Assembly: GCA_013239625.1 (NCBI GenBank)
Contig: MU054187.1
Span: 995,587 to 1,059,586, forward strand
Source of the DNA: Lama guanicoe
Lineage: Eukaryota
DNA length: 64,000 nucleotides
Direction: 5' to 3'
Shown: positions 11,131-24,110 of the stretch, in pieces
How the letters are laid out: every line of letters begins with the position of its first letter
How positions within the stretch are numbered: the stretch's first letter is position 1
Notes under the pieces: generated by a model
Databases searched by the model: none
The model's input: only the letters and a program-made list of their open reading frames with translations
What the model was told of the DNA's origin: nothing
Program-made: the position numbers and the translations under genes

Positions 11131-14100
11131 TCTTCAGACTAAGGTCTTAAGCATCAAACTAAGGGCAAGATAATGGAAAGACCACGCTCACTCTAAGAAT
11201 GTGACGGAAGCCGTGTAATCCACCCCGTCACTCTCAGCTCACAGCCGCCTTTAGAATTTGGTAACAGCAAGTTCCCGGGAGCGTGAGCATTTTGTTGAAT
11301 TACATCAGTCTCACTTGTGGTGTTGGAGGTCTGGTGAGAGAAAAACCATTATTTAGTGAATAGTAAATCTAAGAGAAATACAGATAAGACTTGGGGAGAG
11401 AGCTATTTAAATTCCTATTTTCTCTGATGAGTTATATATTCATTTTTAAGTGATCATGTGAAATATATAAAATATTCAGTAATTACTCATTTGGTTTAGT
11501 CACTGGAAAATTAACGTTTCTCCACTACTAATATGTTATGCAGTGTTTACTTGAAGGGCTGAAATTAATCTCTAATAATAATGTCTTTTTATTACATTAT
11601 TTTTAATATCCTCATCAACATTAGGTATTGTGTAAAATTTCCATATTTTTTTCAGAAAGAAATCTCTGAGGATGAAAATGGGTGCCAGACGTCTTCCGAC
11701 TAATCCAAGCACCCTCGGTGCTTTTTATCTCTTATGAGCTGAGTGACATAGAAGCACTGCCCCTTCCGTGGAAATAGCTGGAATTTCCTAGAGAATTCAG
11801 GCAAACAAAAAAATGTGTTTTTGTCTAACATTCAAATTCCTTTCTCAAATCACTCAAATTCTCAGGGTAATTGCGTGATTTTATCTTGGTCCAAAAGGAG
11901 TTAATTATTTACTTTCTGGAGGCCAATTAAGTTTTCTAAACCGACAGAGCACCATTTAGCAAATTACCTTCTCAGCGCACTAAAAGACTCACCAGTAACC
12001 CAAAGGAGTTAATGTGCTACCAAACAGTGGGAGATTTATCCCCTCATCACTGATGGAGTCAGATGGTTTAGAGCGTTAATGTGGGTTTTTGCGTTGAGCC
12101 AATGAGTCACATTTGAGTCAACGTGAGACATGTTGTTAAAGAGTTTGTGTGAGCTAAAGCCGTAGAGGATAGAAGATGTGGACAAGGGAGCAGGGCAGTG
12201 GGAGAGGGGGCGCTCCACCCTTGAAAAGTGCTATCAACTATTATCTGGATGGAATCCCTGTACCTTATCTGTATATTTGGCAATGATGGGCAAGTTAGCA
12301 ACCCACGATCACAGGGAGTTATCTGGTTATAGATTTGTAAAAAGTGTTCTCTGAGATTTTAATGTAGTGGCTATTGGCTATTTTTGTCCCGGTTTTATTT
12401 GAGAAATGGAATAACTTCTTGCCGATTATAAAATGCAATGACTTTGATGTAAATGAACACAGTAAATGCAGCTCCTTGGTTGTAAGCCTTCTCGTGCTTC
12501 TCCACAAACTCACCAGGCGTTGTAGTGAGCCCGCTTTATTATTTGCTCTCATGTTCTGTTGCTCTTGTTGCTCCACCTGGAGGATCGCCTGGAGCCTTTT
12601 CCCTTTTCCCTGTAGGTCATGTTCCACGCATGTGCATGTGTATCACATGCTGTTCTGCCCACGACATCACAGGCAGCCTGCGTTGTTTAGGGGACACTGT
12701 CAACAGTGCTGACAGGTGTCGATTTATCACTCATGCTTAGGAAGAAATGAAATTGTTCTGAGAAATAAGCAATTCTGTTAAGCACAATTCAATGTTTTTT
12801 TCCCAGCAAAAATGAAATTTCTTTAAATCTTGTCCAAACTTTATTTCTGTGAAATTTTCTTCTTTTTGGATCTGTATGAAAGCAGTATAATCATGGAGTA
12901 ATCAGTTAACGGAGCCTGGAGATCACTTACATTATTTTTACAAGGATATAAAGCCCCCACCCAGTGGGCTATTTTCTCCTGAGCAGAACTGACAAAACTC
13001 CAAATGAAACGCGCTCTCTTCCTTCAGAATATTTGCATGGGAGCTTCTCTTCCATGTGCTCAGCTGAGCCAAATCACTGAGCTTTTCAAGTTCATCCAGA
13101 TGCACATTAAGAGGGTGAATCCTAGGAGCAGGCTGGCATTCCAGTAGATACAAGTCCTGAGCGTCAATCTGAGACCGTATCATAATGATTATTAATAAAC
13201 ATAGAAGTTGAGCATTTGGAACAAAACTGAAATGTGGCCAAAAAAAAAAAAAAAAGGTTTGGCCTCCGATGAATTACTGAGCATCTCTTTTTGTAAAGAA
13301 TAAAAGCTCTCTGGCTTCTAACAAAGAGTTTGTGAGCTGTATGGCAGTATTTTGAACAAGGAGGTCATTTATAAAAGCGCTCTTTATGTTTAGGAAATAA
13401 TTACGGATGCAGCTGCAGGTTTTAATGACTTTTAATAAAGCATGTTATAAAGTGAGCTAGCAATAAATGTGTAGCAGGTGATCCTGAATCAAGACGTTAT
13501 AGGACACCATGAGCTCTACACGCTGGACTGTTAAAGCAATATGCATGTCTATGTAATGCCAGTGGATCTATGATTTTCTAGGATATTTTGAAGGAGAGTT
13601 GGGGGCAGGTTAAATTTTAGTGAATGAGATACCAGCTAGCTCTGCTCAACCAGTGAAATGCTTTCCTTGTGTAACTGATAAAGTGAAGAACTGGAAATCT
13701 TTTTAAATGTTTACAAATGTCTACGAATGACAGAACAAGATTCGTGTATTAATATATGAAGATACAGTATTCCAATCATTTAAAAATTTTGAGTCTTTAA
13801 TAAGGAAAGTTGAATGTACTTTGTAGTAAAAAAATGCCTTGTTAGAAATAATCTGTGTTCCATACTTGTTCTGCTGGCATTGCCAAAATCCAGATTTCAA
13901 TGTCAAGTGGTCAGAATGCTGGTGGACAGAGGCACACACAGCTCACAAGTTGCCAGTTTCAGTTTGTACAGGTAATTTGAGGCCGCCTTGGCATGGAAAA
14001 TGGTACGGTACAGGTTCCTTTTAAGGACGAAGCTTGGTCTCCGACCTCAGGAAGACCAGAGTCGGACGAAGTGAAGCAAGGGTATCCAGAGTCACAAAGT

Positions 14101-14464
14101 CATCACAAGGAAGAGCTGAGACGTCCACGCGGGCTGTCAGGTTAGGAAGCTGACCCTCGGGACACTTGCGAAATGCGTTAAAGGCTCAGATTTAGTTTGT
14201 GGCTCAAGTTGGAATTAATAGCCATACATTATGCTTTAATTAATGATGCTGCTCCAAAGATGGTAAAGGAAAACTGAACACTGTTCGTGGTTCCTTCTGG
14301 AGCCCTGGTTCAGGGTAAATGAGCAACCTGGGGTGTTGAGAAGCTAGAAAGGAGGCGTAAGTCTTCCAACATCCCCAGCAGGTGAGACAGAATGTCTGTC
14401 GGGGACACCAAGACACTGCTGAGGACAGCAGGGCTTTATCTGGGTGGTCACTTCTAAAATTTTT

Positions 14465-15050
14465 TTTTAATAATAATAAGCTCAAAGGACGCTGCAGAGA
14501 TCGCTCCTTGTGAAGCCTCCCCCCAGCTCCCTCCAGTGGTGATGACTTACGTCATTCTGGTGCAGTACCAGACCCAGAAACTGGTACTGGCACAATGCTG
14601 CCAAGTAGGCTATAAATCTTATTTAGAGTTCATCCATGTTTGTCTGAACTCATTGTGTGTGTGTGTGGTTCTATGTAATGTACCCCACGTGTTGATTTGC
14701 GTAGCCATCTCCACAATCCAGATATAGAACTGCTTCATTAACATGATAGAAATTCCTCATTCCAACCCTTAACAGTGAGACCCAGTCCCCCGGCTCCTGG
14801 AAACCACATATCCATTCTCCATTTCTAGAATTCTGTCATTTTGAGAATGTTATGTAAATGAGATCATATGGTATATGATCTTTTGATTCTAACTTTTGTT
14901 TTTCCACTCAGCATAACACCTTTGACATCCACCCAAGTAGCTGCGTATGTCAGAAGTGTATCCCTTTTAATTGCTGAGTAGTATTTTACGGTGTGGATGC
15001 ACCAATTTTTTGGTCCATGTACTGGGTGAAGGGTGTATGGGTTGCTTCAG
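14465..15050 (-). mobile_element. Old L1 (L1M-type) 3' fragment
   Basis: Antisense L1 3'-end motifs: tgtcattttgagaatgttatgtaaatgagatcatatggtat…ttttaattgctgagtagtatt. Confidence 0.75.
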
Positions 15051-15059
15051 ATTCAATAG

Positions 15060-15410
15060 CTGGAAAAGATGTGGAGCAAAAGGATCTCTGATTCACGGCT
15101 GGTGGGGATGCAAAATGGCACAACCACTTAGAGTTACAGTTTGGTGGTTTCTTTCAAATCTGAATATACTTTTATCACAAGATCCAACAACTGTGTTCCT
15201 TGGTAGTACCCGATTGAATTGAAAATGTATGTCTACAAAAAACCCTCCACACACAGGTGTTTATAGTAACTTCATTCATAGTTGTCAAAACATGGTCGCT
15301 ACCATGATGTCCTTCAGCAGGTAGATGGATAAATAAACTGTGGTACGTAGACAATGGAATATTATTCACCACTGAAAGAAAATGAGCTACGAAGTTATAC
15401 AAAGACCTGG
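15060..15410 (+). mobile_element. Old L1 (L1M-type) ORF2-end/3'UTR fragment
   Basis: gatgtggagcaa…gctggtggggatgcaaaatggcacaaccact…ggataaataaactgtggtac…aatggaatattattc. Confidence 0.8.
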
Positions 15411-15799
15411 TTTCCCTGAGTTTCTGGCACTTTGTCTACAACGTAGTAAGTGCTCAAAAATATGTGTGGAGCAAGCAGATTGTCTGCCTTCTTAAAGAAG
15501 ACTAATACTACATGTAAATTTTGCTCTGCTGTTTAATTTAAATATAATCCCGTTCACTTTATTTCTAACCTCTTAGTTTGAAAATCTTAATCTTACAGAA
15601 GAGTTGAAAGAATCATAGAATAAAACCTGCAGATCCTTCACCTAGACTCACTGCTAATGTCACTGTCACGACTGAGGTTCAGTGTCATGTTGTTCCATAT
15701 TGTTTTTAACCATCTCAGACTAGTCATTATGGCTGGTTCTTAAAGGAGTCAGCACTTTTCTAGATTTACTGATAATTTTTTGCTAACTCCTGCTTTTTT

Positions 15800-16345
15800 C
15801 AAATGAATTGAGGTGTAATTCATATAATGTAATATTCACCTTCTTAAGATTTATAATTTCATGGTTTTCAGTGTGTTCACAAGGTCATGCAGGCATCACT
15901 GCTGTCTGAGACCAGAAAGTCTTCATCACCCAAAAACAAACTGTCTCTATTAGCAGTTGCTCTTCATTTTCTTCACCTCTGAGCCTTTGGCAAATTCTAA
16001 ACTACTTTCTATCTCTACGGGTTTCCCTATTCTGGACGTTTTTTATAAATGCAATCATAAAATACGTGGTCTTTCGTGACTGGCATTTTTTACTTAGCTT
16101 AATGTTGTCACAGTTCACCCACGGTTGTCACATGGATGCAGACTTCACTCGTGTACATGGCTGTGTGCTGTCCCGTTGCGTGCACGCACCAGGTTTGGCT
16201 TATCCATTCATCAGCTAATGGGCATTTTGGTGTTTCTGTTTTTCTGACTGTCATGAATAGCCATTAATATTAACATTCATATACTCATTTTTACATGAAC
16301 ATGTAATTTTGGTTTTCTTGGGAATATTCCCGGGGGTAGAATGCC
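15800..16345 (-). mobile_element. L1MB-like 3' end
   Basis: aattgaggtgtaattcatataatgtaatattcaccttcttaag…ctattctggacg…tatccattcatcagctaatgggcatttt. Confidence 0.8.
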
Positions 16346-16559
16346 TGGGTCACAGGGATTAACAATTTAATTAACAGGACAGCACATGCTTAGCACTGTG
16401 AAAGTTGAGGGGAGAAAAAAGTAGTCTAGACGAAGGGCTAATCAAACTGGCCATGCAGTTCTGAGGCTTTTAATGAAAAGTATAGATTCTAGACCATGTT
16501 CCAGACTTTCTGCATCCTCATGTCATCTCTGGAATGAGAGAGCAGTGACTTAGAAGAGC

Positions 16560-16652
16560 GTGTGTGTGTATGTGTGTGTTCGTGTGTGCATCTGTGTATC
16601 TGTGCATGTATGTGTGTGTGTCTGTATCTGTGTGCGTGTGTGTGTGTGTGTG
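16560..16652. repeat. Imperfect (TG)n microsatellite
   Basis: Interrupted TG run read directly. Confidence 0.9.
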
Positions 16653-17087
16653 ACAGCACTCCTGGATGTTCTGATGTCATCTTCTGAGAAGTGTTTGCAG
16701 AGCCTTCTAATGAAAGGAAGAAAGAAGTGTATTATCAGTGACCCCCATACGATTTCCCTTATTAAGGGCCCTCGGAGCCATCACTCATTTCTGGTGTTAA
16801 GCACAGGCAGTTCTTAGGGAGATTTTACACGCAGGGATCTCTGGACAAGTGGGCCCCTGTGGGGAGGGAAAGCTCTGACGGAAGCACCCCAGCAGAGGAG
16901 ATGGCTCTGTCCAAAGAGCTGCTGGTCCCCGCCTTCCCAGGCCTGGTGAAGACAGATGCCAAGGCATTGAACCACAGTCTGCAGCACCCAAATCTGAGTG
17001 TCCGTTGGCCGTGGCCTCTCTCTGGTGCACCTGTCACGGTTCTTTGTCCTCCACCTGCAGCTCTGGTTCCGTGCACGCAAGCTGGAG

Positions 17088-17108
17088 TTCAGCACCTCGG
17101 CCAGGGCA
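17088..17108 (+). promoter_or_regulatory. Canonical-spacing REST/NRSF RE1-like site
   Basis: TTCAGCACCTCGGCCAGGGCA; the first 17 nt fit the degenerate RE1 consensus NTYAGMRCCNNRGMSAG. Confidence 0.5.
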
Positions 17109-18638
17109 ACCCCAGCTCCGCCATTCTCCAGACAGCTCGGCACACGCCCTCATTGTGGTCTTTACAATTTTTGATCACATCTTAATTCTCCATTCATTTC
17201 TCCTACTGGACCATGAGATATGGTTATGCCTTTCCTGTTTTGTAAATGCCCTGCTACAGTCTCTCCGATTTTTCAAAGGATGTGGATACCCATGAACTTT
17301 GGCATTCACAGTTTAAAGGAAATAATTGGCTATATGAAAATGAACCCAATGAAAACCAATTAACGTTGAAATTTAAAAATGTCTGTGAATGCTGAATAGA
17401 ATCCTAATTGGAACGGATCACATGAGCTTAGTTGGCAGTAGCTGAGTTTCTGAAATGTGAGGATCTCGAGGTCACAGTGAACTAATGGATATAATTTAAA
17501 GGCTCGATGCATGGGTAAGGGCCATTAACAGGGTTGGCCAAAATTATGTCAACCAAATTGATGCCTTTTAAAAATAAATTTTAAAGTTGATTTAGATAAA
17601 AGGAAGATTTTCTTTTATTTTTTATAGGTGGCTTCTCTGGTTATTTGCCTTGAAAATACAGGTGGCTGAAAGTATCAAAGCTGCTTTTGCCATTTATTAG
17701 TATGAACTGATTTTTTTAGTGAACTTAATATTCTTTTGAGAATTAGCATGCAGCTTGCAGTATTAGAGAATGGCAGAAGTATGCTTCCTGTCTGGTAATT
17801 AAAATGCAAATTGCCAAGTTGGTTCAAGTAACATTTTCAGTGTCTTGATTGTGGGGATAGTTTTAAACGCGTACATTAAGTACGGGCATTTGCTGTGTGT
17901 CACTTGTCTTCACCGAGACTCTAACAACAGCTAACTTCCTGTGTTTGTACTTTTGAAAGGTGGCTCTTAGAAAATGTAAGATGGCCTGTGTGGCCTGAGT
18001 TACGTTCCTGCTGGAGGCGCTGGTGGGGGGCTTCCGTGTGGCAGGAAATGTGGGGAACGAGAGACACACGAAGCAGCCCCCCAGCTTCAGGGAGCTACGT
18101 CCAGAGTCTGCAAAGGGTGGGACGAATGACGAGCCTCTTCCAACAAACAGAAGGCAAGAGAGATGACAGCTGAACGGGTTCATGAAAAATACCAACCAAG
18201 TGCCACGCATGCCCTTTTCAGAGCCGGACTTCCCACTTCTCGCTACAGAGCTGCTCGGCTCTGCTGGTGACACCGTGTTCTCTCTGTCCCTCCCTCTCCG
18301 TACGACTGTCCCAGTTCCTTCCAGTCCTTCTGTTCCTGAAGCTTTACTCTGCCAGACCCGCAGGCTAGGGATCCGGGCAGGGTCACTGGCTCTGTCTCTG
18401 CTTCTTTCCTCATCTTCCGTGTCACCCGGCTTCAGTACTGCCTCGTGTCTGTCTCTGACTCTGGCTTCTCCCCTCCACGGCTGTGCCCGCAACCTTCTAA
18501 TTGGTCCCCTGGCTCCTTCCAAACCCATGCCACTCTCGGAAGCATTTCCTAAAACACAAACCCTGACCTTTCCACGCCCTCACCTCTGAACTTCAACGAC
18601 AGGGTGACTCCTGGGCCACATTAGCAGAGCTGCTCCCA

Positions 18639-18690
18639 GGCTGAGCCCACCTGCCTCTCCGGGCTCAGCCCACCTGCCTCTCCGGGCTCA
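18639..18690. repeat. 23-bp tandem duplication (about 2.3 copies)
   Basis: ggctgagcccacctgcctctcc / gggctcagcccacctgcctctcc / gggctca. Confidence 0.9.
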
Positions 18691-20757
18691 TGTGCGGTCA
18701 TCCCCGCGGGTCGCATGGGAACGGCAGAGCCAGCACCACACTGCTGATCACCTTGCGTGGCGTAGCTGATTTAATCCGTGCAGGGCCCCTAGCAGGTAGG
18801 CGATGGCTGTGCTCTCCACCCCACAGAAGGAGCCGCAGGTTGCATGTCTGTTAGACTGGGGACCCAGATGACGACCATGGCCACGTAGCCAAGATTCAGA
18901 CTCACCTCTGTCCTGCTCGCAGGAGCCTAACGTCTGGGTGGTTCCTCCCTCCCTCCCCACCCACTTCTCTCTCTTTTTCTCTCTCTCTCCCCCGTTGTTT
19001 TCCTGGAATTCTTGATAGTTTAGATAATTATGCTGCTTACCACCAGGCAGCGATCAGCAGGCAACTTAGCTCGCTGAAAGGACTTAATTCGAAGGGTGTG
19101 AAAACAGATTGTTTACAAAGTGTGGGTAGGAGATGGGGAAGCAGCCAGAGCAGGTGGTGCCCTCCTGGAGGTGCCTGCAGGGGCAGAGGGTGGAGCCTGG
19201 GAACCCCGACCTGCTCCCAGAGAGGGCGACTCTGTGGACAGCGCCTGCCAGGTTCTGTGTTTTCCTAAAAAGTCACTTTGCCACTCTGAAGACTTCGCAG
19301 GCAGGGGACTCGAGAACAAACGGCCCAGACTCTCTTCCCCAGCCTCCCGTTTCCCGCTGGTGCCTCTCACTGACTTCATCCAAGCAGTATCCAGAGGAAG
19401 GAAGACACAGTCTATCAGGTCAGCGTCCTGTGGCCAGAGGCGAGGGGAGAGGTGGAGGCCAGGGTTTCTGAATATGGAACTAGCCCTATAAATAGGTTGC
19501 GTCGTGACAGTTACACAGACGGTATCGTGCCAGCGTGCCAGCGTCTGGCTCTGTTTGCCACTTTCCCCTCAGCGTGTTGTCTATGCGCCTGTGGTTCAGC
19601 TCTCCTAAGCGCAGCACAGCGTCCCCTCCTAGTGACCCGCCACCTCGTGGGTGGACCCGGATTGCGCCCAGTGACCAGACGCCGTGCACAATGGTCAGGG
19701 AAAGCCCCTGCCTGCACCTCCTGAGGACACGTGAGCTTGCTGGGTCAGAGGTCTCCACATTTTTAATTTCGTTAAGTGCGGGCAGACTGCTGTGAGCTTT
19801 CGCTCTCTCTGCTGGTGCGTGAGGAGCTCCGCTCTCTCACATCCTGGACAGCTTCAATGCTGCTATTCTGGTGCTAAAGATCAGTACGGTAGCACTTGAA
19901 TGTGTACTTCCATTCTTACTGACACATTACAGAATCTCATCGGTTTTTTCAACCATTAAAATCCCATCTGTAAATGGTCTGTTTATAGTCAGTTGCCAAT
20001 AAATAGCTTAACAGAATGACAAGCACCGTGTGCCACACCTTGTGGTCTCATCACAGGTTCAACAGCTCCTTGCCGTCGACCACTGAGCAGACACACAACA
20101 CGTGCTCACATGATAGAAAGCGATGTGCCGCACTTCATCTTCTGTACGTCTGAGTTCTGCCATCCGTCTTTCGAGTTGGCTTAGTAACCACAGGTATCAC
20201 GTCAACGAAATGACTCTCTTAAGCTGTCAGTCAACAGGCTTTTAAAATAACCAGACTGACAACTTGCTCTCCAGCTGCTCCGTGTGCTCCGTCCGCCCCC
20301 AGTGCTTCTCTCCTCCTGAAGGGCTCTGGGCTGCAGAAGAAGCTCCAAGCGCGGGGCTTCCTGGGAGGACGGCAGGTGCCGGGAGGGCCCAGGGCCCAGG
20401 AGGCGGACAGCACCGCCCCTCTGCCTTCTATGGAAAACGAAAAAGAGCAAAACCGAGGTATTTATGTGTGTATATATATATGAAATAAGCCAAAGTGAGG
20501 AAACCTTAACTAAAAACCTTAACTAAAAACACAGTTAATCTGAATATTAACTACTATTTATTATTATGTTTATCATAAAGTTCCCCATTAAACATTAATT
20601 ACCATATAATTTGCTCTCGTCGTGTGATGAATATTCTGAATAAGGACCTAATAATTATGCATGTCGTATCCCACTTAAGTACCATTTAGTCCAACTTTAG
20701 TCTTCAGACCTGCAATGTTCAAAGCAGTATTACAGGTTTATTAAGTTAGTTTGGTGC

Positions 20758-20760
<3 letters not shown>

Positions 20761-20801
<41 letters not shown>
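20761..20801. repeat. (CA)20 microsatellite
   Basis: Perfect CA run. Confidence 0.97.
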
Positions 20802-20806
<5 letters not shown>

Positions 20807-23800
20807 GCCTCCTGGGCTCTGTGGTCAAGGGATTCCCCTTGGAGCCTGGAAGTCCCTGGTGAGGGAGGTGTCCTGCAGATCGGCACCCTCTCTGTGCTCT
20901 GCTGGGGCTCCTGGTGCAACAGGTTTTATTTCTAGAGGCACATGTCGGCCATGGGACAGCTCTGAAGGTTCAGGTGGCCGGTGTAACCTTTCTCATTGAT
21001 TGGCTGGCCTTCTACACCCCAAAGACGCTCACTAAGGCATGTGACCCACGGCAGCCCAACCCTACAAGCCTTTCTTCTCGCGTTGGTGAGTCTGCGGTGA
21101 GCCCCATCCCCCCAGCCATGCTGGGCTCAGCCCTGCTCCAGAGTCGGGCTGGGGTGGTCCCGTGTCCCACGTGCGGTGTGCCTGCCGGGGGCCAGGCTGA
21201 GGGGCGGCAGCTACCAGGGTCTCGTCCTCACACTGACACGTGGAGCACGACCAGCCAGCCAAGATCACCCTCCTCATGGCCCCAGTTGGCCTTCTGGTCA
21301 CTGCGAGTCCACTGTCGGCCGGCAGGGCCAAGTCCAGTAGGCGCGCGGGAGGGGACTGCCTGCAGCGGGGGCGGGGTGGGGGGGGGAGGGAATGTTTCCT
21401 GGACAACACTTCAGAGTATCGTCCCTCCCACATCTGATCTCTGCACAAAAGCAGGTCATCGCGAGCATCCTCTTTTATTGCAAACAATGTAAGTGAAGAC
21501 CAGAAAGATTAAATGTCTCTCCCGGGTCACTCCAAGTAGAAAGGCCAAGAAGCCGACTCACTCGGAGTCCAAAGCTGCTGTTCTTTGCATCTTTGTCACA
21601 GCCTCTTTGGCCCAGCTTCCAGACGATGAGTTTATTAATTCTGGAAGAAGACACCATACTCCTCTGAAGATTTTCCTTTTCAGAACAGCTTTGTCCTTCC
21701 TCCCAGTCACCGTCAGCATCCTTTTATTTTCCAGATGAATTCTAACTCTCGGATACTGTGGTCACAACAATCTCCAGCTCCCCATCACAGAAAAATCTAT
21801 TACCACAGCTGGACAAAATGTTTTAAATAATTTCACAGATGAGACAATTCAGTACATGTCTGACCAGTTTGCGCTTCAGTGGGAATCTAGGAAGAAAACC
21901 TTGAAACATCTGGGAGGTGTGCACGGTGGTAAAATATACACACTTACTAAGAACTTCAGTCCTTCCTGAGTTTTGCTTGAGTTCTTGGGAATTTTAAGTA
22001 TTTTCCAGGCACTAGTTTTAAAGTGGAGGTGGTGGCTTTTACTTTATAGAAATCAAAAGGAGGTGACTTGAGGATTTCTTTTTCTTTATTCATGAAACAG
22101 AAAAGAGAATATTTCTTACTTGGAAAAGGGGGAAGGAAGACTTGACACTGAATTAAGTCTCACAGTGCTTCCGTGAGTCAGACTGGGCCTTCTGGTGTAA
22201 TCTGAATCTGGTCAGTTTTATGAAAATCTGCCAGTACATGACATAATTCCTCCTTTTAGCGAGACAGGATCTAAACCATGGAAAGGCGAACCTTGTATCT
22301 CTGTTAAACCACTCTTAGGAGATGTTACCTTTAGTTGGATTCATTTTTTTTTCTCAATTACATATCATTTTCTCTCTTCTTAAAACGAATATGCCCATAA
22401 ATATTCATATTTCCGACTTTTTACAGTAACTTATTCAAAATTCATGTTGAACGTACCTGCTGAAAATGAAGCTCCCTTAAGTGCTCCAGCAATTAAAGGA
22501 GAGTCAAGACTCTGACTTCTGTCCTCAGTGCAGTTATAAGCCACCCTCAGCAATGAGATAAACATGGCAGGTGGACCTCAGAGAAAAGTGCTGGGGTGAA
22601 CGGGACACGAGAGGAAGGAAGGGGCTGGGGGCTGGGGGCTGGGGCAGCTCTCGCTGTCTGTGTCACCTGTGCAAGTCCTGTCCCCAGCGTTCGCTCATCT
22701 GGAAATCAAAAGGCAATAACAGTAGCCTTTCAGGAACGTGTCACGATGACGTAAAGGAGTGAACTGAACACGTGGACAGGTGTCTGTCCTGCGAGCGCTC
22801 TCTGAGCTCCGTTGTCTCTAAGCGGCGGAGTTCATCCGTTCTCTGTCGTGAAGAGTGGGGACACCGATGCAGTGGGGGCGATGTTAGCAGGTGTCTGGTC
22901 TTCCCTCGTACGTCCTTATGTTCTTAATATTTACCTGAAAACGTTCTCTAGGAGTCATTGTAAGTATAATATAACTATATAAATTCTTGAGTTTTCACCT
23001 TAACTAGAATTGGCATAAAATGTTTATACTAGTTTTGATCTCTGTGTATTTCAACGTATGAAATATAATTGCAACCTTTTCCTTTAAACTATTTCACAGA
23101 ACATGAAATGATCCGAAATAACTGGCAAGGGGACATTTGGTCTTATTACTTACTCACAAAATTGCAAGAAAAAAATAAAAACAAGTGTTCCCCAAGTATC
23201 TGTTCTATCTCTTTAAAATATTTTGGACATGATGAAAGGAAGCCCTAGGTGATTACTGGAGAAAAGAAGCTAATTCATTATTTCATTTAAGAAGCACTTA
23301 CACACCTAAGCAATTAAACCACGAAACAGAAACAACATAGTGATTTTTAAAAAAATTTAGGCCAAAAGTTGGATGCCTCATTGCTAAATGTAGGCATGCG
23401 ATTTACAGCCACACACCCTTTTACAGGTTCTTTGGTCCTTTTGATACTCAGTTTCTTAGTCTGCAAATTAGAAGCGACGTTTGTTTCTGACACTAACCAT
23501 CCAAGGCCTCTTAAATTTCCGGTGAGGTGAGGCGACCTGGGAACCTGTAAAGGGCTGTGTCGGTGAAGGCGGCACTGTCACTGTCACACGGTCTTTATCA
23601 GGACGGTGAGTGAACTGCGAGGTGAGCGCCCCTCCTCCAGCGATGGGAATGCACATGGCGTAAACGGCACCTTCCAGGCAGGAGGGTTCTTCTTAAAACC
23701 CAAGGATGTTTCAACCCCCACCCCCAGATGCCATTTGTCTTCATGCACGTATTTTATTTTCTAACTAACACGCTTTGAACATCGGTGGCATCGGTGGCGT

Positions 23801-23995
23801 GTGCTGCTAGGGGACTTTTAAGTCCCTGTTGAAGGTTGGCTCAGGAGTGACTGTGTGGTCGTAATCACCGATTTCTGACTTCAAGCACCAGAGCTTAGGA
23901 TTTTAGAGGAAAATACTCAAAGATACTTACACACTCTCCAAATAAACGTATTTTGGCCATACTGAAAACCTGTTAATATTAAGATCTGGCACCTT

Positions 23996-24110
23996 CCCCC
24001 GCCCCTTTTCTCCCTTTAATTGAAGTACAGTCAGGCAGAACGTGTCAGTTCTGGTGCACAGCCTCATGTCCCAGTCACATGTGAACATACATCTGTTCGT
24101 TGTCATATTT
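23996..24110 (-). mobile_element. Very short 5'-truncated lineage-specific L1 3' end with target-site duplication
   Basis: tttaattgaagtacagtcag…gtgtcagttctggtgcacagc…catattt, flanked by aagatctggcacctt (23981-23995) and aaaatctggcagctt (24111-24125), 13/15 identical. Confidence 0.7.

Noticed and set aside
14465..15410. Opposite-orientation L1 pieces as a single twin-priming inversion
   Set aside because: The two pieces cover an overlapping L1 segment with clearly different sequences, so they look like independent insertions. No TSD was found.
17863..18589. 221-aa minus and 135-aa plus ORFs
   Set aside because: Low-complexity CT/GA-biased composition, no domain and no convincing splice signals.
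19236..20414. Isolated RE1 right half-sites (GGACAGCGCC at 19236, GGACAGCACC at 20405)
   Set aside because: No matching left half-site nearby; compatible with chance.
22621..22644. G4-like (GGGGGCT)n run, and another G-rich run near 21367-21390
   Set aside because: Isolated intergenic G-runs with no supporting context; common in mammalian DNA.
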